A DNA stretch of 64,000 bases from Clostridia bacterium. GTDB lineage: Bacteria > Bacillota > Clostridia > Christensenellales > UBA1242. A program made the translations under genes and the position numbers. The stretch's first letter is position 1, and each line of letters starts with the position of its first letter. The notes beneath the pieces are model-generated. The model was not told the origin of the DNA. It saw only the letters and a program-made list of their open reading frames with translations, and made no database searches. Location of the stretch: contig JAGAOQ010000018.1 of NCBI GenBank assembly GCA_017623705.1, positions 949-64,948 of the forward strand, read 5' to 3'. Positions 62,166-64,000 of this stretch are shown here, one piece after another.

Positions 62166-63197
62166 TTAGCGTTGCAATAATTGTTCACATTCCAAAGCAA
62201 TCATCAACTCTTCATTCGTCGGAATGATGAGTTTTTTGCAGTTTGGCAAGAAATCTAAATGTGCCATCACTCGGTCGGAAACGAACTTACGATGCACACC
62301 AATGCCACCCGTCCAAACTACCGCATCGCAACCTTTCATTTGAGCAACGTATGCACCAACATACTGCACTAAACGATGGATAAAGACATCAAGAGCAATT
62401 TTAACTCGTTCGTTTGTTTGCATTGCTGGTTCTAAATCACGCATGTCGGACGAAACACCTGACAAACCTTTCAAGCCCGATTCTTTATTCAAATAAGTAA
62501 TGGCTTCATCAATCGTGAAGTTATGTTCCTTACAAATAATACTCAAAGCTGCGGCATCAATATCACCCGCACGTGTTCCCATAACCAAACCAGCTAACGG
62601 TGTCATGCCCATACTGGTATCAACACATTTACCGTTTTGTACCGCACAAACACTTGCCCCATTACCAATATGACAGGTAATGATTTTCAAGTCTGCTAAC
62701 GGACGGCCTAATTGTTCAGCCGCTTGCATGGCAACGTAGTGATGACTTGTCCCATGGAAACCATATTTACGCACGCCATATTTTGCGTAGTCTTCATAAG
62801 GAACACCATACAAGTAAGCACCTGGTTCCATCGTACTATGGAACGCCGTATCAAAAACTAAAACGTTCGGCAAGTCGGGCATTTGTTGGCGACAAGCACG
62901 AACACCCGCCATCGCTGCGGGATTATGCAACGGAGCTAAAAATTCAATGCGATCCATTTCCGCCAATACTTCGTCATCAACAATGACGCTGTGCTGGAAG
63001 TTTTCACCGCCGTGCACGACACGGTGTCCCACCGCTTTAATTTCACTGAGGTCGACTTTGCTTAAAATTTCTTGAATCGCCGACGCATGGTCGGTTACCC
63101 TTTGAATATCATCATCGACAATTTTTTCCTTAGTAGTGGTTTCAATTACTTGGTATTTAACCGAACTACTGCCACAATTTAAGACTAATATCTTCAT
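62166..63197 (-). CDS. ackA: Acetate kinase (compact, 343 aa)
   Basis: MKILVLNCGSSSVKYQV, GHRVVHGG, FDTAFH, and KYGFHGTSH. The start is placed at 63197. Confidence 0.9.
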   Translation of the reverse strand: MKILVLNCGSSSVKYQVIETTTKEKIVDDDIQRVTDHASAIQEILSKVDLSEIKAVGHRVVHGGENFQHSVIVDDEVLAEMDRIEFLAPLHNPAAMAGVRACRQQMPDLPNVLVFDTAFHSTMEPGAYLYGVPYEDYAKYGVRKYGFHGTSHHYVAMQAAEQLGRPLADLKIITCHIGNGASVCAVQNGKCVDTSMGMTPLAGLVMGTRAGDIDAAALSIICKEHNFTIDEAITYLNKESGLKGLSGVSSDMRDLEPAMQTNERVKIALDVFIHRLVQYVGAYVAQMKGCDAVVWTGGIGVHRKFVSDRVMAHLDFLPNCKKLIIPTNEELMIALECEQLLQR

Positions 63198-63203
63198 ATA
63201 ATG

Positions 63204-63212
63204 ATTGTAGCA
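63204..63212 (-). promoter_or_regulatory. Extended -10 element for ackA (predicted leaderless)
   Basis: On the minus strand: TGcTACAAT (63212-63204), N6, ATG 63197. Confidence 0.55.
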
Positions 63213-63234
63213 TATATTTTTTTTGTGGTATAAT
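63205..63234 (+). promoter_or_regulatory. Promoter for tmcAL (predicted leaderless)
   Basis: TTGTAG (63205-63210), N18, TGgTATAAT (63226-63234), N6, ATG 63241. Confidence 0.55.
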
Positions 63235-63240
63235 AATTTA

Positions 63241-64000
63241 ATGAAGATTGCTGTGATTATTGCCGAGTTTAATCCCTTACACAAGGGTCATGAGTATTTA
63301 ATTCAACAAACTCGTGCCTTAACCGACTGCACACACATCGTAGTTGTCCAAACAGGTAACTTCACGCAACGTGGCGAACCCGCAATTATTGAAAAACATT
63401 TACGTGCCGAAAGTGCGGTGATGTGCGGAATTGACGCAGTTTTAGAAATGCCAACCGCTTACGCCACCAGCAATGCCGAAGTCTTTGCCAAGGCAGGTGT
63501 CCAAATTGCAAACGTAATTCCGCATGCCAGCTACCTTGTCTTCGGGGTTGAAGATAACAACATGGCAATTCTCAAACAAATTGCTTACGTCAAATTAAAA
63601 CAAAGTCGTGAGTTTGAAAAGTACATCAAAATTCACTTAAAAGCTGGTTTGTCTTACACGGCTGCCCAAGGCGAGGTTATCAAAAAATTACTGCCGAAAA
63701 TTCCACCCACAGTGATTACCCGCATTTTAAGTGGCACAAACAATAATTTAGCCATTGAGTACTTACGTGAACTTTATCGTTTGCGTAGTTCAATTCAACC
63801 GATTGCCGTAACACGTTTCAAAGACGAAGCCAAACAAACCAACACCAGTGCTTTGGCGATTCGTGATGCGTACTACGCCAAGAATATGTCCATCGAACAA
63901 TTTATTCCTGCCAAAGTTTTACCATTCATGATGGAATCAATCGAAAAACACCCCATCAAAGAAATGTTCGAGTCAACCATTCTGTTTAATGCGAATAACG
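63241..64000 (+). CDS. tmcAL: tRNA(Met) cytidine acetate ligase TmcAL (YlbM/UPF0348 nucleotidyltransferase), 3'-truncated by the window end
   Basis: My own translation gives MKIAVIIAEFNPLHKGHEYLIQQ..VVVQTGNFTQRGEPAI..NNNLAIEYLREL. Absent from the ORF track because it runs off the edge. Confidence 0.8.
   Translation, partial: MKIAVIIAEFNPLHKGHEYLIQQTRALTDCTHIVVVQTGNFTQRGEPAIIEKHLRAESAVMCGIDAVLEMPTAYATSNAEVFAKAGVQIANVIPHASYLVFGVEDNNMAILKQIAYVKLKQSREFEKYIKIHLKAGLSYTAAQGEVIKKLLPKIPPTVITRILSGTNNNLAIEYLRELYRLRSSIQPIAVTRFKDEAKQTNTSALAIRDAYYAKNMSIEQFIPAKVLPFMMESIEKHPIKEMFESTILFNANN

Overview
This is a very gene-dense window (about 95% coding) with no rRNA, tRNA, CRISPR array, transposase or integrase. 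It looks like a streamlined Bacillota-type chromosome using standard code 11. Local gene order matches Bacillus: ywlE-rpiB, asp23-nusB-xseA-xseB-recN, and cmk next to a pseudouridine synthase. Clear housekeeping genes are rnj (partial), recJ, degV, ftsY, rpiB, recA, murF-like, tsaB/tsaE, potA/B/C-D, uvrB, corA, recN, xseAB, nusB, cmk, surE-like x2, rluB-like, a Ca-type P-type ATPase, ychF, glnS, hflX, rpmF, ackA and tmcAL (partial). Many of these proteins are shorter than their usual homologues. Three regions are not ordinary. (1) At 47.3-56.2 kb, an intact and translationally coupled pair encodes a 2085-aa polytopic giant protein and an 873-aa VirB4/TrsE-type ATPase. The pair sits inside a co-directional housekeeping gene array, and the window contains no relaxase, coupling protein or integrase. 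This is my top candidate for an undescribed, domesticated minimal T4SS-like system. (2) At 18.4-29.0 kb, a terminator-bounded accessory block holds a TetR regulator, a duplicated ABC-2 exporter, three tandem paralogues of an unrecognised cytoplasmic family, and a 12-repeat propeller-like surface protein. That surface protein's promoter spacer is a 16-nt homopolymer. (3) At 32.7-37.1 kb lies a 1471-aa membrane-anchored surface protein. Across the window, at least ten first-in-operon genes have a -10 box only 5-8 nt upstream of the ATG and no Shine-Dalgarno sequence, which predicts leaderless mRNAs. All calls come from reading the sequence and ORF translations; no database searches were run.
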